Assembly (NCBI GenBank): GCA_947589275.1
Contig: CANQAQ010000003.1
Coordinates: 1-44,305, forward strand
Direction: 5' to 3'
From: an uncultured Bacilli bacterium
GTDB taxonomy: Bacteria > Bacillota_I > Bacilli_A > RF39 > UBA660
Length of the DNA stretch: 44,305 nucleotides
Shown here: positions 10,162-20,556 of the stretch, piece after piece
How positions within the stretch are numbered: the first letter of the stretch is position 1
Layout of the letters: each line of letters begins with the position of its first letter
Notes under the pieces: model-generated
Told to the model about the DNA's origin: nothing
Seen by the model: only the letters and a program-made list of their open reading frames with translations
The model's database searches: none
Translations under genes and position numbers: made by a program

Positions 10162-10592
10162 TGAGATATCTTGGATTAGATTTAGGTACTAAAACACTAG
10201 GTGTATCAATTAGTGATAATCTTGGATTAATTGCAAGTACATATAAAATAATTAGATTTAAAGAAAATGATTATCTATCTTTATTAGAAGAGATAAAAAA
10301 AATAATAAATGAATTTAATATTAATACAATTATTTTAGGGCTTCCTAAGAATATGGATAATTCTTTAGGAGAAGCTTCAAAAAGAAGTATTGATTTTAAA
10401 AAAATTTTGGAAAATAATTTTAATGTATCAGTAGTTTTGCAAGATGAAAGGCTTACAAGTGTTGAAGCTAATAATATTATGATTGATGGTGGTTTATCAA
10501 GAAAAAAAAGAAAAAAATATGTTGATTCTTTAGCTGCAAACATTATACTTCAAAATTATTTAGATAAAAGAGGCGATAATAATGACAAATAA
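10161..10592 (+). CDS. yqgF: YqgF/RuvX pre-16S rRNA nuclease
   Basis: LGLDLGTKTLGVSISD, DERLTS, VDSLAANIILQNYL. Confidence 0.93.
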   Translation: MRYLGLDLGTKTLGVSISDNLGLIASTYKIIRFKENDYLSLLEEIKKIINEFNINTIILGLPKNMDNSLGEASKRSIDFKKILENNFNVSVVLQDERLTSVEANNIMIDGGLSRKKRKKYVDSLAANIILQNYLDKRGDNNDK

Positions 10593-10857
10593 AGAAATAG
10601 GAGAAAATAAATTTACATATATCGATGAAGATGGAATAGAAACTGAATGTGATATTCTATTTACTTTTGATTTAAAGAAAACAGGTAAAAATTATATAAT
10701 ATATACAGATAATACTATAGATGAAAAAGGTTCTATAAGAACATATGCAAGAACCTATGATCCAAATTCTGATACATGTGATCTTGGAAATATAGAAACA
10801 GAAGAAGAATGGAAGATGATAGAAGCAATATTATCATCACTTGTAAAAAATGAATAA
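10582..10857 (+). CDS. DUF1292 (UPF0473, YrzB-like) protein
   Basis: DEDG.E.ECDILFTF, GKNYIIY, IETEEEW; conserved position after yqgF. Confidence 0.88.
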   Translation: MTNKEIGENKFTYIDEDGIETECDILFTFDLKKTGKNYIIYTDNTIDEKGSIRTYARTYDPNSDTCDLGNIETEEEWKMIEAILSSLVKNE

Positions 10858-10876
10858 TATAAAGGAGTAATAAAAT

Positions 10877-11476
10877 ATGCAAAATGATTGTTTAAAAGAA
10901 ATGGAAAAGTATGCAGAAGAAAATAATATACCAATAATGGAAAAAAAAGGTATAAATTTTTTATGTGAATTTATTAGAAAAAATGATATAAAAAAGATTT
11001 TAGAAATTGGTACTGCAATTGGATATTCTGCAATAAAAATGGCATTAGTAGATGATGATATTAATGTTGTTTCCATTGAAAGAAATCAAGATAGGTATAT
11101 AGAAGCAGTTAAAAATATTAAAAAGTGTAAACTAGAAGATAGAATAACTTTAATATTATCAGATGCACTTAATATAGATCTTGAAGATAAATATGATATG
11201 ATTTTTATAGATGCTGCAAAGGGTCAATATATAAACTTTTTTAATCATTATGAAAAAAATTTATTAGATGACGGAATAATTGTAAGTGATAATATGAATT
11301 TTCATGGACTTACTAAAGATGTTGATAAAATTGAAAATAAGAATTTAAGACAATTAGTAACTAAAATAAATGATTATATAGAATTTTTAAAAAATCATGA
11401 AAAATATGATACTAAATTTTATAAAGTAGGAGATGGAATTGCAATTACATATAAGAAGGACATGATTAATGTTTAA
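10877..11476 (+). CDS. trmR: O-methyltransferase, tRNA 5-hydroxyuridine methyltransferase TrmR-like
   Basis: ILEIGTAIGYSA, DMIFIDAAKGQY, SDNMNFHG; adjacent to the U32 pair as in yrrM-yrrN-yrrO. Confidence 0.8.
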   Translation: MQNDCLKEMEKYAEENNIPIMEKKGINFLCEFIRKNDIKKILEIGTAIGYSAIKMALVDDDINVVSIERNQDRYIEAVKNIKKCKLEDRITLILSDALNIDLEDKYDMIFIDAAKGQYINFFNHYEKNLLDDGIIVSDNMNFHGLTKDVDKIENKNLRQLVTKINDYIEFLKNHEKYDTKFYKVGDGIAITYKKDMINV

Positions 11477-12368
11477 AATAATAGTTCCATTTCCTAAAGA
11501 TGAAAATATAAATTATTATTTAGAAAAAGTAGATGGCTTTATATTAGGATTAGAAGAATTTAGTGAAAATTTTAATAGATATGTAAAAATAAATGATTTA
11601 AAAAAATATTGCAATTTAGTAACATCTAAAAATAAGAGTATGTTTATTGCTTTAAATAAGCAATATTTTAATAATGAAATTAAAAAACTTAAAGAGATAT
11701 TATTTTTATTAAATGAACTTAATATATCTGGAGTTATGTTTATTGATTTATCTGTTTTAAACATTATTAATGAAAATAATTTAAGTATTAATCCTATATG
11801 GTTTTCTAATCATTCATCAACTAATTCATATACTATTAACTTTCTTACAAATAGAAATGTTAAAGGTACATTATTAAGTGATGAAATAACTATAGAAGAA
11901 AGACTTAAAATAATGGATAAAATAAATATAGATGTCTTTATTACTTTATTTGGTTATATTAATATAGCAACATCATCAAGAACTCTATTATCTAATTATT
12001 TTAAATATATTAATAAAAATAAAGCTCTGAATAATAATTATTACATAAAAGAAAAAAATAGTGATGATTTTTATCCTATTGTTGAAAATTCAAATACAAA
12101 TTTTTTCTCACATAAAATATTAAATGGTATTAAAGAATTTAAAAAAATTTTAGCAAAAAAAAATAATGGTTATATTGTTTTAAATGATTATATGATAGAT
12201 AGTAACTTGTTTTATACTGTTATTGAATCTTTTAATTTGGTAAAAGAAAATCCAACTGATAATAAGTTAATAGAAGAATTATATAAAAAAATAGATGATA
12301 TTAGTAATAATAATACTTATGATGGATTTTTAAATAAAAAGACTATTTTTAGGGTGAAAAGATTATGA
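11469..12368 (+). CDS. Peptidase U32 family protein, YrrN-like subunit (tRNA hydroxylation)
   Basis: TIM-barrel-like; SSRTLLSNYF and DGFLNKKTIF resemble YrrN; synteny; Fe-S cysteines absent. Confidence 0.75.
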   Translation: MFKIIVPFPKDENINYYLEKVDGFILGLEEFSENFNRYVKINDLKKYCNLVTSKNKSMFIALNKQYFNNEIKKLKEILFLLNELNISGVMFIDLSVLNIINENNLSINPIWFSNHSSTNSYTINFLTNRNVKGTLLSDEITIEERLKIMDKINIDVFITLFGYINIATSSRTLLSNYFKYINKNKALNNNYYIKEKNSDDFYPIVENSNTNFFSHKILNGIKEFKKILAKKNNGYIVLNDYMIDSNLFYTVIESFNLVKENPTDNKLIEELYKKIDDISNNNTYDGFLNKKTIFRVKRL

Positions 12369-13570
12369 AAAAAGTAGAGTTACTTGCACCAGCTGGAGAT
12401 TTAGAAAGATTAAAATGGGCAATTATGTATGGTGCTGATGCTGTATATATAGGTGGTAAAAACTTTAGTTTAAGAGCAAACGCTATTAATTTTACTAATG
12501 AAGAAATAAAAGAAGCAGTAAAATATGCACATAATCATAATGCTAAAGTTTATGTTACAGTAAATATAATCTTTCATGAAGATGATGTAAAAGGTTTAAA
12601 AGAATATCTAGTAGAACTTAAAGAAATTGGTGTAGATGGTATTATATCATCAGATTTATTTATAATAGATTTATTAAAAGAAAATAATATTAATTTGGAT
12701 TTTCATTTAAGTACACAAGCTTGTACTCTTAATAAAGAAGCAGTAAAGTTTTATAAAAAAGAAGGCGTTAAAAGAGTAGTTTTAGCAAGAGAATGTTCAA
12801 AAGAAGATATTAAAGATATAATATCAAGTACTAAAATGGAAACAGAGATATTTATTCATGGCGCAATGTGTACATGTTATTCTGGAAAATGTATGCTTTC
12901 AAATTATTTTACAAATAGAGATTCTAATAGAGGTGGATGTGCACAAATTTGTAGATGGAATTTTTCTTTATTTGATGAAAATAAAAATATTATTGATGGT
13001 GATAGAGATTTTGCAATTTCACCTAAGGATTTATCTCTTTTAAGATTTATACCAGATATAATTGATATTGGTGTAACTTCACTAAAACTAGAAGGTAGAA
13101 TGAAGTCTATTTATTATATAGCAACCATAGTTAGTGTATATAGAAGAGCAATTGATAGATATTATAAAGAAAAGAATAATTATGTATATAATAAAAATGA
13201 TGAAATAGAATTATATAGGTGTGCAAATAGAGAAAATGTTGCGCAATATTTTGATAAAAAACCAGGAGTAGATGAACAATATTATAGTGAAAGAGAAGAA
13301 GACACTAATCAGGATTTTTTAGGTGTTGTACTTTCTTATGATGAAGATAATAAAGAAATAATATTAGAACAGAGAAATTTCTTTAAAGTTAATGATATAG
13401 TAAATATATTTGGGCCAAATAAGGAATCATTCAATATAACAGTTACATATATTAAAAACGAAAGTAATGAATTAGTTGATGCTGCAAGGCATCCTAAAGA
13501 AATTATTAGAATACCATGTTATAAAAAAGTTGATAAATATGATTTAATACGTGTTAATTTTTTTAGTTGA
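12365..13570 (+). CDS. Peptidase U32 family tRNA hydroxylase, YrrO-like
   Basis: ELLAPAG, YGADAVYIGG, HGAMCTCYSGKC..NRGGCAQICR, SLKLEGRMKS. Confidence 0.9.
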   Translation: MKKVELLAPAGDLERLKWAIMYGADAVYIGGKNFSLRANAINFTNEEIKEAVKYAHNHNAKVYVTVNIIFHEDDVKGLKEYLVELKEIGVDGIISSDLFIIDLLKENNINLDFHLSTQACTLNKEAVKFYKKEGVKRVVLARECSKEDIKDIISSTKMETEIFIHGAMCTCYSGKCMLSNYFTNRDSNRGGCAQICRWNFSLFDENKNIIDGDRDFAISPKDLSLLRFIPDIIDIGVTSLKLEGRMKSIYYIATIVSVYRRAIDRYYKEKNNYVYNKNDEIELYRCANRENVAQYFDKKPGVDEQYYSEREEDTNQDFLGVVLSYDEDNKEIILEQRNFFKVNDIVNIFGPNKESFNITVTYIKNESNELVDAARHPKEIIRIPCYKKVDKYDLIRVNFFS

Positions 13571-13637
13571 CAAACAAATTAAAATGTAGTATTATTTTGT
13601 CATACTTTAAATAAAGTATAAAAAAGAGGTGAAAAAG

Positions 13638-14111
13638 ATGGCAACATTGAAACAAGAATGTTATATAACTAAAGAAGGACTGGAAGAATTAAAAGAAGAA
13701 CTTCAAAATTTGACTTTAAATGCTAGGCCTGAAGTAGTAAATGCCATAAAAGAGGCAAGAGCATTGGGCGATTTATCAGAAAATGCTGAGTATCATGCCG
13801 CTAAAGAAAGACAAGGGCAAATAGAATCAAGAATAAAAGAACTTGAATATCTAATCGAACATGCAGTTATTATTGAAGAAGGTTCATCAAGTGAAGTAAG
13901 AATAGGCTCAACAGTTGAAATAAAATATATAGATGATAATGAAATAGAAGAATATAAAATAGTTGGTAGTACAGAAGCAGACCCATTTGAAAATAAAATA
14001 TCAAATGAATCACCAATTGCGAAAGTTATAATGGGTAAATGTGTTGGTGATATAGTAAGTGTAGAAAGTCCAACTGGAAGTTATGATGTACAAATAATTT
14101 CAATAAAGTAA
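13638..14111 (+). CDS. greA: Transcription elongation factor GreA
   Basis: GDLSENAEYHAAK, ISNESPI; promoter TTGACA-N17-TATTAT (13567-13595); SD GAGGTG favours ATG 13638. Confidence 0.97.
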   Translation: MATLKQECYITKEGLEELKEELQNLTLNARPEVVNAIKEARALGDLSENAEYHAAKERQGQIESRIKELEYLIEHAVIIEEGSSSEVRIGSTVEIKYIDDNEIEEYKIVGSTEADPFENKISNESPIAKVIMGKCVGDIVSVESPTGSYDVQIISIK

Positions 14112-14218
14112 CCGATAAGGTTATTTTTATTTACATTGAGAAATAAAATTGATTATTTTTTATTGATATAAATTATTAATTATTATATAATATAGTAGAT
14201 TTTTGATTGGGAGGAATT

Positions 14219-15460
14219 ATGAAAAACAAAAAAGAAATTGAAATAAAAATAGAAGGAAAAGAGTGGGAAGAAGCATTAGATTATGCATTTAAAAAATTAT
14301 CTAAAGATGCAAAAGTAGATGGTTTTAGAAAAGGCAAAGTACCAAGAAATATATTTGAAAAAAAATATGGTAAAGAGTCATTATATATGGATGCTATTGA
14401 TAAAGTTTTACCAACTACATATACAAAAGTTTTAAAAGATAATAATATTGAACCAATTATTCAACCTAGAATTGATGTTAAAGAGGTAGATGAAAATCAT
14501 GTTGTTCTTTTATTTACTATAACTACTAAACCTACTGTTAAAATAAAAAAATATACTGGTTTAAAAGCAAAAAAAGAAAAAGTTACAGTAACAAAAGATG
14601 ATATAGAAAATGAAGTAGGTAATTTGCTTAAAAAATATGCAGATATTGTAGTTAAAGATGGCAAAATAGAAAATGGTGATATAGCTATTATAGATTTTGA
14701 AGGATTTAAAGATGGAGTAGCATTCGAAGGTGGTAAAGGAGAAAACTATTCTCTTGAAATTGGTAGTAATACATTTATTCCTGGATTTGAAGATCAATTA
14801 ATTGGATTAAAATCTGGAGATGAAAAAGATGTTAATGTTACATTCCCTTCAAATTATCATGATGAAAATTTAAAAGGTAAGGAAGCTACATTTAAAGTTA
14901 AAGTCCATGAAGTAAAGAGTAAACAATTACCAAAAATGAATGAGGAATTTTTTAAAGATTTAGGTTTTGATAATGTAAATACTGAAGAAGAGTTAAGAGA
15001 TTTAATTAAGGTTGATTTAGAAGCTAAAAAAGACTATGAAGCAGAAAATAAATATATTGATGATTTATTAGAAGAAGTATCAAAACAAACAACTGTTGAA
15101 CTTCCAGAAGAATTAATTGATGAAGAAATTCATAGAATGCTTCATCAATACGAAGATAATCTAAAAATGCAAGGAATAACACTTGATATGTTCTATAAAT
15201 TTACAAATTCTTCTGAAGAAGATTTGAAAAATCAAATGAGAGAAGAAGCAACTAAAAGAGTTAAATATAGATTTATGCTTGAAGAAATAGCAATAGAAGA
15301 AAAACTTGAGATAAGTGATAAGGAAGCAGAAAAAGAGCTAGATAATTTAGTAAAAAAATATAATACAACTAAAGAAGAATTATTAAAACAAATTGGTGGA
15401 ATAGAAATGATTAAGTATGATTTAAAAATGCAAAAAGTACTTGAGATAATGAAAAAGTAA
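14219..15460 (+). CDS. tig: Trigger factor
   Basis: GFRKGKVP ribosome-binding loop and FKBP domain (FIPGFEDQL); SD GGAGG favours ATG 14219. Confidence 0.97.
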   Translation: MKNKKEIEIKIEGKEWEEALDYAFKKLSKDAKVDGFRKGKVPRNIFEKKYGKESLYMDAIDKVLPTTYTKVLKDNNIEPIIQPRIDVKEVDENHVVLLFTITTKPTVKIKKYTGLKAKKEKVTVTKDDIENEVGNLLKKYADIVVKDGKIENGDIAIIDFEGFKDGVAFEGGKGENYSLEIGSNTFIPGFEDQLIGLKSGDEKDVNVTFPSNYHDENLKGKEATFKVKVHEVKSKQLPKMNEEFFKDLGFDNVNTEEELRDLIKVDLEAKKDYEAENKYIDDLLEEVSKQTTVELPEELIDEEIHRMLHQYEDNLKMQGITLDMFYKFTNSSEEDLKNQMREEATKRVKYRFMLEEIAIEEKLEISDKEAEKELDNLVKKYNTTKEELLKQIGGIEMIKYDLKMQKVLEIMKK

Positions 15461-15616
15461 AATGGTAACTTTACCATTTTATTTATTTTATATAATATAA
15501 AAATTATAAATACTTAGATAATATATTTCATAAAACTACAAATTTTTTATTGACTTTTCATATAAAAAAATTATAATAAACATTGTTTATAAAAGTTACT
15601 TGATAAGGAGGCAAAA

Positions 15617-17929
15617 ATGAAGACTAGATTACCAGTTGTTGTTTTAAGAAATATGATTTTGCTTCCACTAGGGCAGCTTAAACTTGAAATTAGTAATGAT
15701 AATGACAAAAAGATAATTACTAATTCTTCTAGTGAATATGATAATTATGTTTTATTAGTTTCACCAGAATTAGTTACAGAAGAAAACTTAAAGATTGAAG
15801 ATTTACCAAATACTGGAACAATTGGTAAAATAACAAGTAGTTTTGAACTTCCAAATGGAAATGTTAGAATAAGTATAGATGGTATAAATAGAGCTAATAT
15901 ATTTGAATATATTGATGAAGATAAAAATAATTTAAGTGCAATTATTGGTCCTGTTATGGTAGTAAAAAATGATCCTATTACTGAAGAAGCTATACTTAGA
16001 AAATTAAAAAGAGAATTTATATCTTATGTTTCAATTATGCCAAATATATCAGATAGTATAATTAGTAAAATATCTGATGAAGAATCTTTAGAAAAATTAA
16101 CTGATATAATAATTAATATATTACCTATTAGATTTGAATTAAAATTTAAATATTTAATAGAATTTGATGCAAGTAAAAGAGCAAATAAACTAATTGAGGA
16201 TATAGAAAAAGAAAAAAATATAAATTTTGTTGAAAGAGTTATTGAAGAAAAATTAAAAAATGATCTTGATAAAACAAATAAAGATTATATATTAAAAGAA
16301 AAAATAAAAATTATTAGACAAGAACTTGGTGAAGATACATCAAAGGAAGATGAAATAGAAGAATTACAAAATAAAATATCAAATTTAAAATGTAAAGATA
16401 ATATAAAAGAAAAATTATATAAAGAAGTAAAAAAATATGAATATATTCCCCAAACATCACCTGAAATATCTATAGTAAAAAATTATATAGATACTATGTT
16501 ATCTTTACCATACGAAATTTATACAAAAGATAATACTAATCTTAATTCAATAGAGAAAATATTAAATTCAACACACTATGGTTTAGAAAAAGTAAAATTA
16601 CGTATATTAGAATATATATGTGTAAAACAACTTACTAATTCAAATAATAGTCCAATAATATGTTTAGTAGGTCCACCTGGTGTAGGTAAAACTTCACTTG
16701 CATATTCAATATCAAAAGCTTTAAAAAGAAACTTTATTAAAACATCAGTAGGTGGAGTATCAGATGAAGCAGAAATAATAGGACATAGAAGAACATATAT
16801 TGGTTCACAAGAAGGAAGAATAATTAATGGAATAAAAAAAGCTAAATCAAGTAATCCTGTATTTTTAATAGATGAAATAGATAAAATGACAAAAGATATT
16901 AAAGGAGATCCAGCAAGTGCACTTTTAGAAGTTTTAGATCCTAGTCAAAATACAGAATTTTATGATAACTATATTGAAGAAGCTTATGATTTATCAAAAG
17001 TTATGTTTATTTTAACTGCTAATAGTTATCAAGATATTCCATATGCACTTCGTGATAGACTTGAAATAATTGAACTTCCAAGTTACACAACTATAGAAAA
17101 AGTAAATATAGTAAAAAATCATATGTTTCAAGTACTTTTAAAAAAACATGGACTTACAAGAAATAATCTTATAATAGATGATGATATGATACGATATATT
17201 ATTCAATTTTATACAATGGAAGCTGGGGTACGTGATTTAGAAAGAAATATATCTAAAATAATGAGAAAAGTTGCTATGGATATAGTTAAAACTAATAAAA
17301 GAAAAAAACATATAATAACTAAAGATAATATTAGAGATTATTTAGGAGTAGAAAAATATATTGATACTAAAAATTATAATAATATTAGTGGAACTGTAAA
17401 TGGATTAGCTTATACTAGTGTTGGTGGAAGAATACTTCCTATAGAGGTTACTTATTATAAAGGTAAAGGAGATATAATATTAACTGGTTCTTTAGGAGAA
17501 GTTATGGTTGAAAGTGCTAAAATTGCATTAGGGTATATAAAGAGTAAATTTAAAGAGTTTAATATCGATGAAAAAAAATTAAGTAATAATGACATACATA
17601 TAAATGCTATTGATGGTGCAATAAAAAAAGATGGGCCATCTGCAGGTGTAGCACTTACTACAGCTATAATAAGTTCATTAACTAATTATTTAGTACCTAA
17701 TGATATAGCTATGACTGGAGAAATTACTTTAACTGGTTCTATTAATCCAATAGGTGGACTTAGAGAAAAATTAGTTGGAGCATTAAATGCATCTATAAAA
17801 AAAGTATTTGTTCCTATTGATAACAAAAGAGATGTAATTGAAATAGAAGATGAAATAAAAAATAATTTAGATATTATATATGTAAGTAATTATATAGAAA
17901 TTTATAATAATATATTCTGTAATAAATAA
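15617..17929 (+). CDS. lon: Lon protease
   Basis: GPPGVGKTS, GHRRTYIG, LIDEIDK, DGPSAG catalytic Ser, IGGLREK. Confidence 0.97.
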   Translation: MKTRLPVVVLRNMILLPLGQLKLEISNDNDKKIITNSSSEYDNYVLLVSPELVTEENLKIEDLPNTGTIGKITSSFELPNGNVRISIDGINRANIFEYIDEDKNNLSAIIGPVMVVKNDPITEEAILRKLKREFISYVSIMPNISDSIISKISDEESLEKLTDIIINILPIRFELKFKYLIEFDASKRANKLIEDIEKEKNINFVERVIEEKLKNDLDKTNKDYILKEKIKIIRQELGEDTSKEDEIEELQNKISNLKCKDNIKEKLYKEVKKYEYIPQTSPEISIVKNYIDTMLSLPYEIYTKDNTNLNSIEKILNSTHYGLEKVKLRILEYICVKQLTNSNNSPIICLVGPPGVGKTSLAYSISKALKRNFIKTSVGGVSDEAEIIGHRRTYIGSQEGRIINGIKKAKSSNPVFLIDEIDKMTKDIKGDPASALLEVLDPSQNTEFYDNYIEEAYDLSKVMFILTANSYQDIPYALRDRLEIIELPSYTTIEKVNIVKNHMFQVLLKKHGLTRNNLIIDDDMIRYIIQFYTMEAGVRDLERNISKIMRKVAMDIVKTNKRKKHIITKDNIRDYLGVEKYIDTKNYNNISGTVNGLAYTSVGGRILPIEVTYYKGKGDIILTGSLGEVMVESAKIALGYIKSKFKEFNIDEKKLSNNDIHINAIDGAIKKDGPSAGVALTTAIISSLTNYLVPNDIAMTGEITLTGSINPIGGLREKLVGALNASIKKVFVPIDNKRDVIEIEDEIKNNLDIIYVSNYIEIYNNIFCNK

Positions 17930-17969
17930 ATATTAAAAAGAGTTCTAAAATAGAACTCTTTTTAATATT
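17929..17969. terminator. 19-bp perfect inverted repeat, lon terminator
   Basis: aatattaaaaagagttcta-aaa-tagaactctttttaatatt. Confidence 0.8.
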
Positions 17970-17994
17970 ATTAATTAGAAGTGAGGGATCAAAT

Positions 17995-18735
17995 ATGAAA
18001 AAGATTATACCATTTACAAGTGATATAAAATTTAATACTAAAATTTATGAAATAACTAGTATATCATTAGAGCATAATCTAAAAATTGAAGAAAATAATA
18101 TAGTTTCAGGTGAATTTATAATTAGTGGTGATTATAAAATGAATGATGCGTCCATAAATACTGAACCATTTATTCAAGGAATACCATTTGATATAACATT
18201 AGATACTAAATATGATATGGATAGAATAAAAATAGATATAGATGATTTTAGATTTGAAATTATAAATGAAGAAATATTAAAAGTAAATATAGATGTTTTA
18301 ATAGAAGGTGTTGAACTTGTAGAATTAAATAATGATGAGGAAGAAAAAGAAGATATAAAACCAGATCTTATTATTGAACCTAGGAAACTAGATATTACTG
18401 ATGAATATATTGAAGATAAAATGGAGGATAATATGGATAATATATCAATTGAAGATTTATTTAAACAAACTGATAGTGAAGTTAAAGAGGTAACTTCTTA
18501 TACAGATGAAAAAGTAAATAATACAACTATGGATTCAATATTTAATAATTTTTCTTCAGAAGATGAAAAATATGTTACATACTATGTACATATTGTACGA
18601 GAAAATGATAATATTGAGTCAATTTCTTCAAAATATGGTGTTAGTGTTGAAGAATTAAAAGAATATAATAATATAGAACAAATTACCCTTGGAAGTAAAA
18701 TAATAGTTCCATATACACAAAGTGAAATTCTATAA
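17995..18735 (+). CDS. SpoVID-like spore coat morphogenetic protein with C-terminal LysM
   Basis: N-terminal ITSISLE..GEFIISGDY..IPFDITL..IDDFRFEI, acidic linker, LysM (VHIVRENDNIESISSKYGVSVEELKEYN); precedes a ysxE-like gene. Confidence 0.75.
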   Translation: MKKIIPFTSDIKFNTKIYEITSISLEHNLKIEENNIVSGEFIISGDYKMNDASINTEPFIQGIPFDITLDTKYDMDRIKIDIDDFRFEIINEEILKVNIDVLIEGVELVELNNDEEEKEDIKPDLIIEPRKLDITDEYIEDKMEDNMDNISIEDLFKQTDSEVKEVTSYTDEKVNNTTMDSIFNNFSSEDEKYVTYYVHIVRENDNIESISSKYGVSVEELKEYNNIEQITLGSKIIVPYTQSEIL

Positions 18736-19621
18736 GAATATACTTAATAAAAATGACCTAAAGGTTAATAAATATACTATAAAAGGCAAAAGCACTATAG
18801 TAGATACTCCTTTAGGTCAATTTGTTTTAAAAAAAAATGAGGGTAATAATATATATAGATATTTAATATCAAGAAATTTTGATTATTTTCCTAAAATAGT
18901 TGATATAGATGATGATGCAGTTATGTTTGAATATTTAGATGATATATCATACGATGATAGTCAAAAAGCATTTGATATTATTCATTTAATTGCATTGCTT
19001 CATAGTAAAACTACTTATTATAAAGAAGTAGATGCTGATGAATATAAAATAATATATGAGGATTTATCAAAAAAAATTGAATATTTAAATAATTACTATT
19101 TAGATATTATAAATATAATTGAATCTAAAATATATATGAGTCCATCAGAATATTTAATCGCAAGAAATATATCTAAAATATTTGAATGTATAAACTATTG
19201 TAAATATTCTATTGATCAGTGGTATGATTTAGTAAAAGATAAAAAAAGAAAAAGAGTTGTAACTCTCCATAATAATTTAGATATAAATAATTTAATAAAA
19301 AATAAAAATTCATATTTAATTTCATGGGAAAAAAGTAAAATTGATCTTCCTATATATGATTTTGTAAATTTTTATAATAAATATTCTTTAGATTTTGATT
19401 TTGATGATTTATTAATAGAATATGAAAGAATATTTAAACTTCTTCCTGAAGAAAAAACATTATTATTTATATTAATTTCAATGCCTGAAAAAATAGATTT
19501 TAATTTTAATGAATATGAAATGGTTAAAATAGTTAGAAAATTTCTAGATAAAATATATAAAACAGAATATTTATTAAAAGCAAATAGAAAAGATGAAGAA
19601 ACAAATCAAGAAGCTATCTAA
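18722..19621 (+). CDS. YsxE/CotS-like spore coat protein (kinase-like fold)
   Basis: VDTPLGQFVLKK, LLHSKT, VTLHNNL, ISWEKS..DLPIYD; operon with the spoVID-like gene. Confidence 0.7.
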   Translation: MKFYKNILNKNDLKVNKYTIKGKSTIVDTPLGQFVLKKNEGNNIYRYLISRNFDYFPKIVDIDDDAVMFEYLDDISYDDSQKAFDIIHLIALLHSKTTYYKEVDADEYKIIYEDLSKKIEYLNNYYLDIINIIESKIYMSPSEYLIARNISKIFECINYCKYSIDQWYDLVKDKKRKRVVTLHNNLDINNLIKNKNSYLISWEKSKIDLPIYDFVNFYNKYSLDFDFDDLLIEYERIFKLLPEEKTLLFILISMPEKIDFNFNEYEMVKIVRKFLDKIYKTEYLLKANRKDEETNQEAI

Positions 19622-19811
19622 ATTTGAAAAAACAAAATGAACTTAAACATAAAAGACAAAATATTATTAATAAAATAACTGCATTTATAGGTGTTGTAAT
19701 AAATAAAAGTAAAATAATTTGATAAGTAAGTATTATTAAGAATGATATAAAAAACAAAAATGCAATAAGTCTTTTAGTACTCAAAAGTAAATATTGAAAA
19801 AAATTCATCAT
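19614..19811 (-). CDS. Small membrane protein, YszA-like
   Basis: SD AGGTGA before ATG 19811; two hydrophobic segments; opposite strand next to ysxE-like gene, as I recall for B. subtilis yszA. Confidence 0.55.
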   Translation of the reverse strand: MMNFFQYLLLSTKRLIAFLFFISFLIILTYQIILLLFITTPINAVILLIIFCLLCLSSFCFFKFR

Positions 19812-19925
19812 ATTTATCACCTATAATATAATATGTAAATGTAAAAAAAATGTAAGTGCATTATTATATACTTTATATAAAATTAAATAAATGGTATTAT
19901 AATATTAGTATTAGGAGTAAATAAT

Positions 19926-20504
19926 ATGAAAAAAGGTATTTTAATAATATTAATAGTTATATTACTTTTCCCATTTAACATTTATGCAAATGAAAAAGTA
20001 GAAGTTAAGTTTTCAAAATGTGTAGATGGTGATACTGCAAAATTTATATTAAATGGTAAGGAAGAAACAGTTAGATTTTTGGCAATAGATACACCTGAGA
20101 CGAAACATCCTACAAAGGGTGAAGAACCATATGGTAAAGAAGCTAGTGATTATACATGTAAGAAAATTACTGATGCTAAAAAAATAGAACTTGAATTTGA
20201 TAATAATAGTGATAAAAAAGATAAATATGATAGATATTTAGCTTGGGTATTTGTAGATGATAATTTATTACAAGCTAATCTTATTAAAAATGGATTAGCA
20301 GAAGTCGCATATCTATATGACGATTATAAATATACTGATTTATTAAAAGAATATGAACAAACTGCAAAGCTATCAAAAATTGGTATGTATTCAGATATTG
20401 ATACATCATCATATAGTAATAAAGATAATGAGAAAATAAAAAATAAAATAATAGATTATATATATAAATTCATAGAAGAAATTTTAGATGAAATTTTTAA
20501 ATAA
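19926..20504 (+). CDS. Secreted thermonuclease (SNase family)
   Basis: Signal peptide; VDGDT, VRFLAIDTPE, DKYDRYLAWVF. Confidence 0.92.
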   Translation: MKKGILIILIVILLFPFNIYANEKVEVKFSKCVDGDTAKFILNGKEETVRFLAIDTPETKHPTKGEEPYGKEASDYTCKKITDAKKIELEFDNNSDKKDKYDRYLAWVFVDDNLLQANLIKNGLAEVAYLYDDYKYTDLLKEYEQTAKLSKIGMYSDIDTSSYSNKDNEKIKNKIIDYIYKFIEEILDEIFK

Positions 20505-20556
20505 TTTCTTCTTTTTTTATACTTTATTTGGTATAATGTGACTATGGGTGATCAAC

